A DNA stretch of 64,000 nucleotides from Lingula anatina (GCA_051362555.1 CM120646.1:12152001-12216000), one strand, 5' to 3'; counted from the stretch's first letter, positions 14,883 to 29,448 are shown. A program made the numbers and translations. The notes: generated from the sequence alone by a model not told the origin.

Positions 14883-17800
14883 ACACAATCACACACATGC
14901 ACAGGCAGTCATATACAACATACACAGATACAGGGGCAGATCCAGAGATAATATTCTGACAGTATTCCAAATTATCTTTATTGATCCATCCTCCATTTTT
15001 GACCGTCTTCCAACAGAAAAAAATTAGATACCCGTCAATGTAAACTTGAAAATCTGACCGTCTTCCAAAAGACCCAGAAGACGGCCTAAATCTGCCCCGG
15101 AGATATCCAAACATGCACACACTGTCACACACATACTGTCACGTAACAGACATAAAATCATATTAAACATAAGTCTGTTTCATTAGTACAATCCCAAATC
15201 CTACCTTCTCAGTCTTCAGGGAAGATGATGCACCACTCTTTTTCTTCAAGGTCTCCGTCAGGGACTCTTCACTGGTGCTTTCTCCGCACCCGGCCATGGC
15301 CGAGAAGGGCTTCAGGATGTTGCCTACCACAGAGGAGTTCTCCATTAGCTGGTGGAGGTCTGGTGGGGGAGGGTGGGGGTGGTGGGGGTGCGGGTGGTGG
15401 GGGTGAGGGGGGTGATGATGACCCAGGTGAAGCCCATGATGACCAATATGCCCTGAAAGTGGAAAAAGAGATTTATGGATATTATATTACACAAAATTTA
15501 AAAACCTATTTCTGGATTTACAATGTTTATCAGTAGATAATTGCTACGATGCCATTGTGACAAACTTGACTAGAAACATAATTTAAGTGTTCAATTTGAG
15601 ATTCACCCCATTGGTAATACTTAACTGACAGAGGGTCAGCCTGATTTGAATGAGAACATGACTTAAATTTTGAAACTGATATTCATCCTCATCATCAGTA
15701 CGTATTGTAATAATACAGAATGCCCCAACTCAACCAGAAACAAAACTTACAAGTTTAAAGTGTCACTCACCCTCTTCACACCTCTTTTTATTTGGCTGCT
15801 GGTACTCCCTTTTATGCTGACAAGAATTCATGCTGTCCAAATGGAAATTAGCATGTTTTAAAAACTCTTGATCTGTTTCCGTAGCAGCAGCTGCAGCTGA
15901 AGTAGGCATCTCCTCCAACTTGCCCAGGAGGGTTGTGGGAAGGGTCAAGGTCGGAGGGTCGAGCACCTTGATGTCTGGAACTGGGAGGGACTGGCTTCGC
16001 CGGCGGACATTTGCGTGGCGAGCCAGTTCATCACAAATATCCAGGAGTCTCTTATGCATGTAGCCGAGAGCCCAGAAGATTCCATCCTCATCCCAACGTG
16101 GGCAGAACAGACACTGCAGAACAGCGACGTCGAAGTATGTTGCAAGAAGAATATCATCTGCCACATTTTGCTCCTCTTCATGTTCATGTTCTTGGCCTTG
16201 ATCCTCTTCTTGTGTGTACTCGGAACTTTCCGGTACACTCAGAGACTGGCGTAATTGAGGACGCAAAAACACGTCATCGCTTACCCTGCGGCTGCAGTTG
16301 CACGTGGGACTCATGCCATCGCGGCTGACAGATGGAGATCTGCAGATTTCACAGATGTTTTGAATAAAAACTGCTGAGCCATCTGATATCGACTCTGTGT
16401 ATATCTGAAAAACAAAAATGTACATTTTATAAATATCTAAAACAAAGTGTGCAGGGTTTCAAAAACAATTTTACACAACTCATTTTTCATAGTCCTCTGT
16501 AATGACTTTAATACCTTAGAACATCATGTCAGTGAGTTTCAGGACTGTTTTAAGTTAACAGGACAGGCATAGGGACAACAAAAATGACAAGGAGGACTAA
16601 AATGTTTGACTCAAAAGTGAAGAGATTCTAAGAAAGAGATGCGTTTTCAGAAGGATTCAGGGGAGAGAGAGAGAGAGAGAGAGGGGGAGAGAGAAGGGGG
16701 GCCTAGCATTTCATACATCACTTGACTATCTCACCTCACTAATACTCGCAAGGGGTGCCAAAGGGGGTCCTTCTGGTGTCTGAGCAATGGCCGCCATACC
16801 AGAAGTACTGGCAGCTGAGGGGAAGCCCAGAAACATATCTTCTGGTGTGCTCGGCCCTTCTCCATTCCCCAGGTAAATATCAGCAATGTTAGACTTGATG
16901 CGATTTTCCTTCTGCCGGACTGCTTTGAGTATGGTCCTCTTTGGCTTAACTGGCGTCAAGAAGCAAGGGATGTCTGGCTGTCGACATTCCCATAGGGGCT
17001 CCCACAGCATCAATCCCCGTTCCAGTTTCAGAGTCTGGAAATCTTGCTCGTGGACAGAACACACCAATGGAGCAAAAAGGTATACAAATAATTGTATTGC
17101 ACTTAGATCATGGAGCTGGGACTGGATAAGGCTAGCAGTGGAACTCCCACTTTCATGCGGATCGTTGTCCTCACACTCGGATGCCGCGTCCAGCACGACC
17201 CAGTGGAGCGTGTAAAGGAGTTTGGTCTCGCTTTGACCAAATTTGGCATCGGGATAAGACTGCTTGCGCTTGGCTAAGACTGCTGCACAGCAGGTGAGCA
17301 CATGAGGGAAAGCTGCTTGAACGAGTCGCCATCTTGGAATTTTCTGCATTGCCTCACACAAGCTGGGAGATAAGCCATGAAGGATGTTCTGGACCAGAAC
17401 TCGTTCAAATGACTGAAATATGCCAAATATTTACATTACTATAAATGATTCATCCTCAAATTACATGGGATAGTTGTTTAAATTATATTCATGAAAAATT
17501 CTAAACCTTTAATATTCTTTCATGTACAATTAGCAAAATGACTGTTGGTGTCACTTTTATTATATGTTATAGATTTTAAACTTTGTTGAACTATGTTGTC
17601 CTGACCATGGCACATAAATTCAATGGATGAATAATTTACAGGCTTTCATCATAATGGTAAATTTATCAAGTCTGTAAATTAATATGCCTGTCGCCTTAAA
17701 AAAAAGACTTACTACACAGGAGGCATCACACAGCTTCCCCATTTTGGCCCTGATGAATGGGCTGAAATGACAATATCATAAATGTAAATGCCAAATGAAT

Positions 17801-18346
17801 AGCAGTTACAGCATAATGACTGAAAATGTATATTCTATATACTAGTAGCCATACTTCCTCAGATTCGCAACAAAATACCAACCTGGCCTTCTTAACATTA
17901 TTTTATCATTTAACTTTTTATTATTTTCAGGTCTACCTCATGTTTTATTAATACAAAACCAATATAAGATATCTGGCTGACAATTTGCATCAATTAGAAA
18001 CACACTCTGGGGTAGCGCTAGCAATTTTTTGTCCTTAGCCAAATCACCACTTTTTTGTCAATTTGTTATCTAAATGGTCAAAAAACTAGTCAAAGCAAGC
18101 ACTTTTTGTTTAGCCAATTTAAGTCAGTTTTAGCCTACTTAATAAAACAACCCAAGCAGTATTCCAAATATGAAGGCAATATGAAACTGCCCGCATCTGG
18201 CATGGTATCGCATATGATTATCAAAATGACCAAATACGTAAACACAGAAAATACCTCGTCTGTCTCCAGAAAAACAACTGTACCGGCAGCGGCACAAAAT
18301 TATCGGACTCTCCCTCATGACTATCGCTAGATTTTCGCTTCACCAT
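1..18346 (-). CDS. UNC80: UNC80 (NALCN channel complex subunit), 5' portion, multi-exon; the gene continues beyond position 1
   Basis: ATG at 18346. Exons 18346-18255, 17761-17713 and 17412-16735 splice (GT-AG) to MVKRKSSDSHEGESDNFVPLPVQLFFWRQTSPFIRAKMGKLCDASCVSFERVLVQNILHGLSPSLCEAMQKIPRWRLVQAAFPHVL, matching the recalled UNC80 N-terminus. Later exons give LDFLHAFLGFCVDP (~12900), GLYCDVRQLMHYIKEVHGGTFRRVALSGLLDS (~9600), RFSFLLDCCQPGSIPDPQLIAAVLDL (~3050), EAPVVARACLLLECSYFVQRCNKGDWPTWMK (~2600) and CPYALKMLACQVLVEITTFLRETY (~1400). Confidence 0.95.
3903..4061. mobile_element. MITE with CAGGGGC...GCCCCTG termini and 5-bp TSD GATAC
   Basis: Terminal inverted repeats; GATAC at 3898-3902 and 4062-4066; a homologous copy lies in the opposite orientation at 14931-15100. 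Confidence 0.75.
4700..8130 (-). mobile_element. Degenerate DNA-transposon remnant in a UNC80 intron (boundaries approximate)
   Basis: The motif GGTAACGTATGTTCC or a variant occurs six times (4718 inverted, 5093, 7104, 7119, 7275, 7672). Frameshifted minus-strand coding-like remnants at 5600-6780 include AVYDF(F)ERDDYSR. The region is CpG-richer than flanking intron. Confidence 0.45.
10207..10378. mobile_element. Small inverted-repeat (MITE-like) element
   Basis: cattcagaactaactag...ggtcaaatatggc pairs imperfectly with gccatatttgatcc...caagttagttc...gttctgaatg. Confidence 0.5.
11790..12295. repeat. Intronic minisatellite (~36-37-bp subunits, ~73-bp higher-order unit)
   Basis: Repeated cacacccagcagatgtgctgtcacatctaacacaatgt and cccatataatatgctgccacaactaacataaatgt. 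Confidence 0.85.
14931..15100. mobile_element. MITE of the same family as 3903-4061, 5-bp TSD AGATA
   Basis: caggggcagat...atctgccccgg termini; AGATA at 14926-14930 and 15101-15105; the interior is a diverged reverse complement of 3903-4061. Confidence 0.75.
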
Positions 18347-19958
18347 CTCTGCTATCGTTTAATGGGAACGCTTTAAACCGCCTGAGCTGTCTAAATTCTC
18401 GCTGCGGTTTTTGAAACTGCAAAATATCATAATTTTCTTCTCGACATTTTGCTTGCTGAATATGCAATGAGCTTCTCCAGTGACCTCTTGCGGCAAGTAC
18501 CTGATCTCGTTTGTCGTTATTTGTTGTCATCCGTACGTACCCATCGTCGTTATTGACAAGTGCTCGGGTTGAGACAACGGACGTGTCATATCAGGCCATA
18601 AGATTGTCAGAAAGCATCTGAGAAAAATCTGGTGTCAGCCGACAATATGTTGGGCCAAAATAAATTTTAAAAATCACTAGAATTTTTATTGTTGTCTGTA
18701 TAGCATAGTATTACTTTGATTTGGAACTACTCTAAATTTATATTTGAATTATTCTTTGTCAATTATACATAAAGTAGAACACTTGTAGCTGCAAATTGTC
18801 AAATTTGTGAAACAGCTACTGTAGGCTTAAGGTGAAATATATTTTATGTATTTATTTATCTAATTTATTGATTTTGTTATATTACGTACCTCAAAGGTGT
18901 TTGATCAATACATTTGTTCTATACATTTCCCAATTCAAAGATTTAAATTTTATCATCAGAAATCTGGTCATGTGTAATTTAACTTATTGTATTGTTTGAC
19001 CCCACCTAACACTGAGAGTCCGTTAAGTGAATCTCACCCAAACTAAAATTTATTATTATTATTGTTATTAAAATGAAAAGTGGAATAATTAGCGTGATAA
19101 GAAACTCTCTGGCCTGAGATGACTTTTTCCTTCTGGTCTGAGATGTGCCTCCAAGGTCGTTCAACTCAAGGTGACATCTTGCCTCCCTTGCGTGACTGAA
19201 AACTGCATGAAACGGCCGCATGAAAACTGAGGCAAGGTGGGATTTGAATTGAGACAGAGATTTGTTTTCAGCTAGGACACAATATATGGTATATTTTGTC
19301 CTAGGAGAAAACAAGACCATAGTTGTTGGAAGCCATTTCAGTGTTTTTGCAATTTCTCTTGTCACGGTAATTCCCCAATTACTACACTACATGTACATGT
19401 AGCTTCTGAGACGTTCTTTGTGAAGTGTTGCATTAACCGTCTGCTTTACTGAAACATACCGTCTCGTGGTGCTGAAATCATGACAATTACAGGGGCGGAC
19501 CCAGGATTATTTGAAGGGGGGGGTCCAGAACAACAGCAATATAATTTTATTTTTTAATTTAAAAAATACATGTCATTTCAACGTTCTGTTTAAAATACTG
19601 AACCTCAAATGTTTGTGTGTGTGTGTGTATAATTTTACTCAAGTTATTGATCAAGTTTTAGAAGGAACTTTAGATACAATTATGCATTTATTCTTATAAA
19701 TGAAAAAAAAAAAATCTACTGTACGTGAGTAGTACGTACACCAGTTCCACAAAAATTTGTCACGAAGTTCTTAGTTGATCAGTTGACACAAGTGTAGCAT
19801 CACCTACATGTATCACCTAGTATATAATTTACCAGTATACGCCAAAATTTTCCCTGGATTTCAAGAATTTTCTTCCACTCTATATATCCTATCTGAAACT
19901 GTTGAAAATATTGCAATATATGTATTCTATACTATTGATAAATTAATGTTTTAAAAGG

Positions 19959-19959
19959 C

Positions 19960-20001
<42 letters not shown>
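19959..20001. repeat. (ATT)n microsatellite
   Basis: Direct read; lies just upstream of the CCDC127 coding exon. Confidence 0.9.
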
Positions 20002-20026
20002 CATAGGGCTGGGCAATAAAAAAACT

Positions 20027-21806
20027 ATGGGGAATATAACTGCTGGCCCTGCAGAAGGCAGGAGAGGGAGCCAAGAGTTCAACATTCCACCGGATGTAAA
20101 TATCGTGGCAAACAACGATTTGAACAACCCAGGCTTCAGCAATAATCCCAACCGCCCGGTCAGCAGTCAGATGATAGACATGGTGCTGCAGTTTGCTGTG
20201 CCACTGCTGAGCCTGATACTGATTGGTCAGTAAACACATGATCTGGGTAGTGTCAAGAGCTTAGGGACCTTTCCCATAACACTATCGTACAAGCCAGATC
20301 GATCTATCTTTGAGGGGATTCTCGCTAAATTGTATTCAGTTTAAGTGCGCATGAAAGTTTATTACCCCCCTAGCAGCTTCAGTGGGTATGACAGGTAAAC
20401 AGAATGCAATTTAGTGAGAATCCCCTCGGAGATGGATATATCCTGCTAGTGTGATAGCTTTAGGGGAACCCAGTCTTAGAGAAATTTGGTACCCATGGCA
20501 ATGGAACTTCTCTAATCAATTTTGTCTGCAGCTGTCGCTCAGGCCTCTCCCCATATTTCACATGCTGCATCTGCTCTCTTTCTCCCCAGTTCTACTTAAC
20601 ACCATGTTATTTTTTTCCCCCAATATACTTCATTAATTTTTTGTTTTGTTTTGTTTTGGTCTTCCACAATTTCTTTGAAGTGGATATATATTTTGTAAAA
20701 AAAATATTTTATTAATAATACTCCATGTGGCAGTACAAAGTAATTCACAAATTTAAAACCTATCTCATAGTTCAGCATTTTATTTTTTTAAAGTTTTGTC
20801 ATTTTCCTTACTTCATTTGATATGTGAATCGGCTAATGATCTTATTCAAATATTATGCTTGAATAAAGTGTTGCTTTTGGAAAAATAATTACATTCTTGT
20901 TTAAAAAAAAAAAATTATGTAATCAATGCCTTAATTGCATGTGGGCAATTTCTGCATGAGATTGTACGGAAAATTTTATTTGAATGTGATATAGTCAAAG
21001 AAAATCTTTATGAAACTTTTACAGTAGGAGAGAATAGGTTGTGTGAAAGCGTCAAAATATGGGATCAGGCATAGAAACTGTTTGTACCCATGGATGTCAA
21101 AGAAAAAGAAGAGAAAAATTAGGTGGGCCAATATTGTACTGTAAAATCCATACATAATGCCAATCTTGCTTCTCTTACAGCAATGCAGGAAGGTGAAAAG
21201 AGAACGAGACAAAAGGACAGGGAAAAACTTCTTGAGTTAGTCGCCTCAACGCAAGAGAAATATCAGAACGAGTTGGAGAAGACAAAGATCCAATATTCAG
21301 CTGACCTTGGAGAATTTGAGAAGAGGCAGGAGACGGAGAAATTTAAGAGTATTGCAGATGTTGATTTTAAAGAAGTATTACAAGTTGAGGGTCACCGTAG
21401 ACGCATGAAGGAGATCATGATGGACGAGCTACAAAGGGTAGAGGCACAAGCGACATACGAAGAAGGGCAGAAACTAAAAGAGCTGGCAAAGTATGAAACT
21501 CTAGTGCATAGATATTTAGATATCCGTTGTAGCGTGTTTAAGTCCAGGCAAGGTAGAATGGAAATTGAGCAGCAGGCACTAAGTTTGTTGGATAAAGAAA
21601 AAGTTTTACAGGGAGTTTCAGTGGCTGAAGGTTTAAATCAGATTTTTAGTCATGATTATCGTTTTTGTGCAAGAAATCCCAATAAAAATGGAAAACTAAG
21701 ATTTGCATACTCCAAGTTGTGGAAAACACAAATAGAAAAGCAAAAACATGAAAAAATTCTAAAAGAGTTGAAGAACTTGACAGATTTCTCCTTTGAAAAA
21801 AAGTGA
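20027..21806 (+). CDS. CCDC127: Coiled-coil domain-containing protein 127 homolog; exons 20027-20225 and 21181-21806, ~274 aa
   Basis: Exon 1 has NNDLNNP...QFAVPLLSLILI (hydrophobic segment), followed by a phase-1 GT-AG intron. The C-terminus IRCSVFKSRQGRMEIEQ...AEGLNQIFSHD...NKNGKLRFAYSKLW parallels recalled vertebrate CCDC127 (IYCSLFLPRSKRLEIEK...AAGLTDIFQHD...QNGRLMWLYLKYW). Confidence 0.8.
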
Positions 21807-24800
21807 TATTTGAATGAATCAGATTCAGTATTACTAGTATGCTATGTTGTGGTAAAGGTAATTGTTAGACACTATTAATTCATTTAGATTTACTGATTCT
21901 TTGATAGAATTATGTTCACTTCTTCACTTGTCTCTTAAATCAAGAAATAATGTACAAATGAATACCAAGGTATAACAACTGAAAGTAATTGATACATAAT
22001 TAGAATGATCAGTTTTCAACATCAGTTATGTACATTATATCAAGTTACAATGCTTTTTTTTGTCAAACAATAGGGTTAAAACTTTTTGTAATTCTAATTT
22101 TTTTTTTTTTTGTGTCATCTAAGATGCTATTACTAGAAAATATGTTTCAGGTATTCCTGTACCTGAGGAGTGTCATCAGATTATCAGCTTTCGATATTAC
22201 TTCGTGATTGGGGCAAACTGACGAATGATAAAAAAAACAGTATAATATCAAAATCAGATGAAGAGTTTTAGTTTTATAATTGGCAACTGGGCTATGAGCC
22301 CTGCTTTATATGCATGTAATGTAGGGAAATGAATATTCTGCTGGAAGCCTTGCCTACTTCTATCAAATTGAGGTTATGAGATTGTTGAGTTTTATGTTAA
22401 TAAAACAAAATGTTTTGAACACATTGATGTGTTATGTGAGGGTCATGTCTAAGTTCAACTTCTTATGGAAATGCAATCTAGAGCCGAGCTCCAGATGTAT
22501 ATTTACTTAATGAAGGTGAAAACATGGTAAACATGTCATTGTCCTTAGTAGCCCTCATGACAGGACTTACAAAAGGGCATTTTTTTTTCACTCAATCTGG
22601 CTATGTTGCAATGTCTTGGTCACCTTTTCTAATATTCCTGTTTAGATGTTTAACATAGTGTAATGTAGGAAAAGTGGAATGAGATTTCTTGCCTCACTTA
22701 AAAGTAAATCAAAATAAGTGGTATATATTTACTGCTCATCAGGAAGGGGGGGGGGGGGAGTGGATTGAGATTTTTTGCTTCATTTAAAAGTTACTTCATC
22801 AAAACTAGTGGCATATATTTACTGATCATCTGGAAGGTGTAGTATACTTTTTACCAGGCATGTTGTTTGCTTTCTTTAGTAAATAGGAATCATTACCTCT
22901 GGTAGCTCTATTTTTTTTACTGCTCCAGGAAATGAAATGGCAATGCACTGAAACCTTGAACTGGGCCAAGTACGGTTTTTCTAAATGCACATCAATTGCC
23001 TTGTAGAAAAATGTTGTTTGATTTATTTCAATTCCCAGTTCCAAAGTTTAAGACTGAAAAACACATTATAATACTGTTTACATTAGTCATTTTTATTCTG
23101 AGCTTTCGAGGCCTTAATTCATTTTAAAAAGTCTCACGTAGAATAAAAATAATTGCATTATATCCCTGCTGTCAAAAAATGACGTCCCATTGGATTTAAT
23201 GGAACAGCAACCATTTCCTTCCCAAGTCCCTTTTCCTCACACTTAATATACATAAAGGACCCTCTAAAATACATTTACCTTTCAAAATAAGTTTGTGTAG
23301 GGTTGAAAGTGGACCTTGAAAAAATTATGAAAATTCAAGTACTGAAGATTCACAACCCCACCAAGGTATATAATAGACCTCGGGGCATAAATACGCCCAA
23401 ATATCTGCATAAACACAGAAGACTTTCATCTCTGTTACATAATCTTAGAGTTCAAGACCCTATTTATATGAGTACAAGCACCGAGTCTCTTGTACTAAGT
23501 TCCAATATAAGGAACAGCATGTCAAATGTCTCTGTTATTCCATTTAACAATGTCCAACTTTTGCAAAAAATTCTCAAATACTTCTAGAGATTCATTTTTT
23601 CTCTTTGACATAATTCATAATAATAAACCTCTAACACCACCTTGTAATTCCCAATGACTTGCAGTGTCTGTGGGATTTCATTTTTTATCATAAAAATACA
23701 TTCTCCTCAAGGTTACATGTAAAGTAAGTGTGGTTTCACAGTAGTACATACAAACCGCTTCTACTGGTTTCTTCTACGACTCGAATAAATTAGACATGCT
23801 AAGGGAGGAACAAAATTACCAATTTGCTCAACCATAAAAGAGCTTAAAGACTGCACCTTATAATTTTGGTCCTAAACTGACTGACCTACTTCTTAGCTCC
23901 GGTTCCATACAGCACAGAAAGTAAGTACAAAATATCAGTTCAAATATCACTTCAGGTAATATGAAACAATGTCTATTGCTATTTTTACAATTTATACTTT
24001 AAATGTATCTTTAAATTTGCCCCAGTCCCCATTCTTGGGAGGATGCAAACCCTCAATGCTAGCCTCACTAATATAACTTCTCAGAGTTGTGTTTCTGCCA
24101 AATGCCTAGCAGCATGGTACCTTCTCTCAAGCTTCATATAAAACCAGTTATGTGCGCAAATATCTTTTTCTTTTACCCCTCCCCCTCCCCCCCCCCCCCC
24201 CCAAAAGAAAAAAAATAAAAATAAATAAATGAATATGTATGCAAGTTCCAAAGAGCAACTGATCCACATCTGTAGGTACGACTTTTATAGAAACTGTTCC
24301 AATGTTATTTTTTGCAGTAAATATTAGAAACTAGCATAAGTGAATTATTTGAAATTTAATAATTACCACTAGATTTTGTTAGTGGTATGTCAGTGAAGTA
24401 GCTATGCATTCATCATATCTTTCATATAATTGATTGTTAATTTAATTACTTTTAAATTCAATAAAATAATATTAACTTATATAATCATATCCTTGATATT
24501 ATTTGGGGTGTCAGAAACTTGAAAAAGCAATATAAATTTAACCGAGGCTCTCATTTTTTTCACCATAACCTAATCAAAACTTTCAAACCATCTGCATCCT
24601 TTTTTTTTTCATCAGTGAAAAAAAAAACTATTTCATATTTTTTCAGTCCTTTCCTTCAGCATTAAATTTTCTCTTAAAAACTGTGCTTTCTTTGCACCTC
24701 GGTATGAATTGACTTAAAAGATTCTCCCACTCATTTTTTTTCACCCCATGTTCTTTCACATCTGTTAGCAAGACCCTCTTCTCAATATACTTATTGACAT

Positions 24801-25152
24801 TTTGCCATATGCTGGAAGAGCAGCCAGGGGTCTTGGAGTTCAGCAGAAGCAACCACTGTCTCTGAAAAGGTCCAACCTCTGGCAACAATAAGCGCATAAC
24901 AAGCACTTGGTTTGGGATTCCAACTGTCACAAACTTTCATGAATGAAATTGTCTCATTGTAAAATCCAGGATAAAATGTCCCTAAACCCTCAGCAAATTA
25001 TACTGAAAAATCCACAGTTTCACTTTCGAAAAACACCTTTTATTAAATTCCTGACCCTGGGTTTGATTGCCACATTTACTGTTAAGTTATCAAAACTGAT
25101 ACACTTCTCTCTGTTGTACTCCTTTTCTAACCCTCTAGTGTTTGTTCAAGCT

Positions 25153-28100
25153 CTATAAACGCCAAAAATATCCCTTCTCCTCTTCTTGCACCTCTTCCTT
25201 GACTGGTGGTGGCTCTCTCATTGCTGGCAAAGAAGCATGTTCATTCTGAAATATAAATAGTCCTTTTGTCAAATATAGGAAATAAGGTTTGGTTACCTCT
25301 GACACTCTGCTAAAAACAAATAAAAAGTAAAAATATATATTTTATCGGCTTTTTCTTTTTCTCAAAAAGTTATACTCACATATTTTTCTGCACGTTTGGC
25401 CAGGAAATCAAAAGTCCAGTGATTGATCTGAAATGAAAATTTGTGAATCTGAGGACCCTAAAATATTACCTTGTAATGCTACACGGATCAAATCAGACTT
25501 ACACTTTACAATCTTACTATCAATGACAAAGAGGTTACCAAGTTTGGTATATGCCTAAAACAATGAAGTTTTCTCCATCAGAAGCTGATACAATGTCGTG
25601 TTTCTGGAGGTTCCGGCTGGTAGATGGCCCTCCAAACACCAGCAGAAGGAAAACTATTGTTGTTTGCATTCTGATCACTCTTTAATATGTAATACCAGGG
25701 CTTGACCCTGGGCCACTGAAAACCAACCTAGGGCCATTGAATCACTGAGGTCACTGGCCCAAAAAGTAAGTAAAATGTCATGTGTCAAATCATCCTTTCA
25801 ATATTTACTGATATCTCAGGCCAGTATCGAAAAAAGTTTGTGTCAAGCCCTGAATACAACCAAGCCCAATTTAAAACGGTTACAAAGAAGGTGGTATATG
25901 TGTCAGTATAAAGGGGTGACAGTGAACTGAATGCGATACTGTGTTGTATGTGACAAATGTGGCTGACTGTGTTTAAGAAGCCGCTGTGATCACATGCAAT
26001 AAAACCGTACTCTGGTGGTGTCAGTGTTGTTCATGTTATTACAACAACATGTTGTTATGTTGTTACAACAACAATAACAAAAATAATAAACTTAATGGGT
26101 AAAGCATGCTAAGTGCATATACCTTTCTTACACATGGCCCTCTGGGATACATGATGTAACAGTATACATGATACGGCAACATATTGAATATGTGATGTTT
26201 TAGGTGAGGCAATAAAAAATTTGAAAACACAGTGACAAAACAACCAAGCCAACATTATGAGGTGGTGAATTTGACTTACCAAGACCTGTGATGGCACTGA
26301 GAGACCCTGCACTCTTGTCAGTTCACCAAAGTCTGGGCTTGATATGGGGTGAAACTGCAGAAAAAGAAAGAAAACTTACTGAGAATGCATTACGGTTTAA
26401 CCAAGATATCCAATATCAGTGTGTGATATTGACCTCTTTCGTCAATTTATACTGAGGAGCAAGTTCATATTTGGTCCCTTTGCTTGTGAACTAGTGAAGA
26501 TTTTTTTTCTTTTGAAGTAGACCCAGCATCTGACATTATGGTAAGATATTATTGATAATAAGGTATATATCACATACTTGTAGTAGAAAATTGAGAATAT
26601 ACTTAAAAGTTTGTTCATGAACAACATAATTCTATTTCTATTTACATCTCTGAAAGTGACTGAACCCTTTGTATTTCTAGCTTTACACAATATTTTAACA
26701 AATTTGTTCTCCAGCTCTTTTTCCAGTCTGGGTACTTTTGAGAGTAAAAAGCTCTATAAAAATCATACCAACAAACTGTGTAACCACAGTGACATCCTTT
26801 GTAATTTCCAGACATGCCACTAACAACCCCAATGCTTTCTGGATCCAGTGGCCTTTTTCTACATAGTTCAACACTAGTCCCACATTCTTAAAAGTTTTCC
26901 ACCAAGGCAATGATCAGGATACTCACAGCTGTTATGTCAAATCTCCCAATCTGTGAGGTCCTGCAAATCAAAGGTCCATTACTGATGTCCAGGTGGTCGC
27001 CCATCCTGTACACTCGGATCTTGCCACCCTTGTTCTGAGCTGCCATGTTGGGGATCTGTTGTGTCTTAAACCTGAATAATGTCAATAATTCGATGAATCA
27101 ATTTCTCAAATCACGTCTGATTCAGCTAACAATTTTTTTTCAAGAAAAGGTATTATAGGATTTAGTTTAACTTGGGAAAATGTGAATATTAAAATATTAC
27201 TGCAAATTTATCATTTTTAACAAAACAAATTTTCTTTAACTTTTATCATAACTTATATTGGCTAAAACAAAAAAAGGAAGAGATGACCCCATGTTTGGAC
27301 TAGATTTTCACTTTGAAGTAAAACGATAAATAATTCAAATTCAATTGATTTACAGAACACTATAAGAACCATATTATAATTTCAAGAAGTTTGTTTTCTT
27401 AGATAAAAAAATTTCCCCTTTGAAACTGACCTTATGTTACATGGCTTACCTGTTATCTTCAAACATTTTCAGGGCAAGAGTTTCATCAATATCTAAACAT
27501 TCAAACTTCCAATCTTTTCCAGCAAGTTTTGCTCCAATCTGTCCCATACACTGAAGTTCTTCCTAGATTTCAAAATATACACTTGTTCTTATCCATTCTC
27601 TTAAAATAATTATTCCAAAACAAATTTAATTCTATTTTTATCCAATAATACTATTTTGTACACGTTTCCATATCTACTTCTATGTTTTTGGTACCAATTT
27701 TATATTCTGAAATGAAAACCTATAGAAATTATCTTACATGACTTGGCTGCCAATTTGGAATAGGGATTTTCACATCATAGACAAAGCTCCCACTGGGTAC
27801 TGGAATTTTTCAAAAATATTTAAGAAATAAAAACTCATAAACAAAAAAAATCTAATGACTTACAAAACCAACAAAATGTGACAGTATGAACCAATTATTA
27901 TTATCAATGGGTGTATTAATATTATTAAAAGCAACCAAATAATTTTCTTTTCTCCTGAGCTAAAAAATGTTTCTTAGAACAAGTAAAACACACACACACA
28001 CACACACACTAATCCAGATATTCTTATTAATGTCTATCACTCACCATATGGTGGAGGAAAACTACAAAGTTCTGTATAATACTGGTCTTGAAAAGCAACC

Positions 28101-29448
28101 TCAAGAATATGACCCAAGATGAAAGAGCATGATTTCCAGTAAGCCTGAAATTATCACAAAATGATGACCAACAAAACTTTAGAAATAAGTTTTTTCAACA
28201 TGTTGGAAATAATACAGTAACAAGTTACAATAGTACACTATCCACATTATGATCAGGTGCAGTCTTAATATTTATTTCAACATCTAAACATAAACAGTAT
28301 ATCATTTTCTACAGTCTTTATTAAAAATAATGCTGATCCCTATTTTCAGATTTTTCTTTCATACTGATCACTAATAATATGCAAATATCTGTATTCAATC
28401 ACATATTCCTTATCATATTATTTGCATGATTTTCAGACTCTCACCTACCTTATTAGCATGATATGGATCATTTTCTCTGTAATGAACAAACTTAAGTTCA
28501 CAATCTTCCGTAAGTGGTCTATGCATGTCCCATGGCTGGTTGTTTACAAGCGCAACTGCAGAACGCACTGTTAAATATTCAGCTATGTCTGGAATTGATT
28601 TCGAAAATGTTTATTGTAGAGAAAAAATTTCTTCTGGTCAGAAATATTTCAATACATGATTTTGGGTTGTGAGAAAAAGGCTAGAAAAAATTACCTGCCA
28701 AATTTTGACGGGGGCCTGGGGTCTCTTTACGTGGGTTATCACAAAGAAAAATCAAATTTCCAATTTCTTATTTTTGTGAATATACACGTCTAACTTAAAA
28801 TCATAATACATACGTGCTGCACAGTTAAATGGGGTTGACAGTCCTTTATTCATAATCAGTGTACAGTTCTCAGGAGGTCCTATATGTTCTACACGTATCT
28901 TTTCTATCCTTGTTATCAGAGAAAGCTGCCTTTTTCTTTCCTCATCAAACAGAGCATTTCGTTTTTCTCTCACTTCTGAATTTGTTAGCTTTGACGTTGA
29001 ACTGCAGTAACAGCCTTCAAAGAAGAGACAATAAAATAAATTAACAATGAAAAATGTTAAAAATAATAATGTATGTTGCAGCAAGATATGACTGATCTGA
29101 AAGGTTGACTCACCAATGATGTTCCTTACGCCAATTTAGAAACAGACACGTATAAGGATGAAATGCCTTCGTGTGTATGCTACGGTGCACTACGTGCGCG
29201 TCAGCCAAAGAAAGAGAGAGAGACAGAGAGAGGTCGAGAATATTACCCTTGGGCTTTAAGAGGTAAAATATCGTAGACATTGAATGATAACCATCAATGA
29301 TCAAAAGAATAAACATCAGCTGTGAAAATATAACGTTTGAGACGAAAAATAAAACGACATTAAAATGTGCTGTGAAAAAAAAACACTTACGCTTGATGTG
29401 CCTCAAATGCAAATGCTTGGTAAGTTTTGTGAAACTTGTAGCTGACAT
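25153..29448 (-). CDS. MRPL39: Mitochondrial ribosomal protein mL39, ~10 exons
   Basis: Basic presequence-like MSATSFTKLTKHLHLRHIK. Exons encode IEKIRVEHIGPPENCTLIMNKGLSTPFNCAAH, VALVNNQPWDMHRPLTEDCELKFVHY (TGS-like), AYWKSCSFILG and VYRMGDHLDISNGPLI. TAG stop at 25153-25155. Confidence 0.9.
25696..25852. mobile_element. MITE with CAGGGCTTGAC TIR and 5-bp TSD AATAC
   Basis: cagggcttgac...gtcaagccctg flanked by AATAC on both sides. Confidence 0.8.

Noticed and set aside
26600-26910. Possible hAT transposase fragment in an MRPL39 intron (IELFTLKSTQTG...)
   Set aside because: Resemblance is too short and weak to support without a search.
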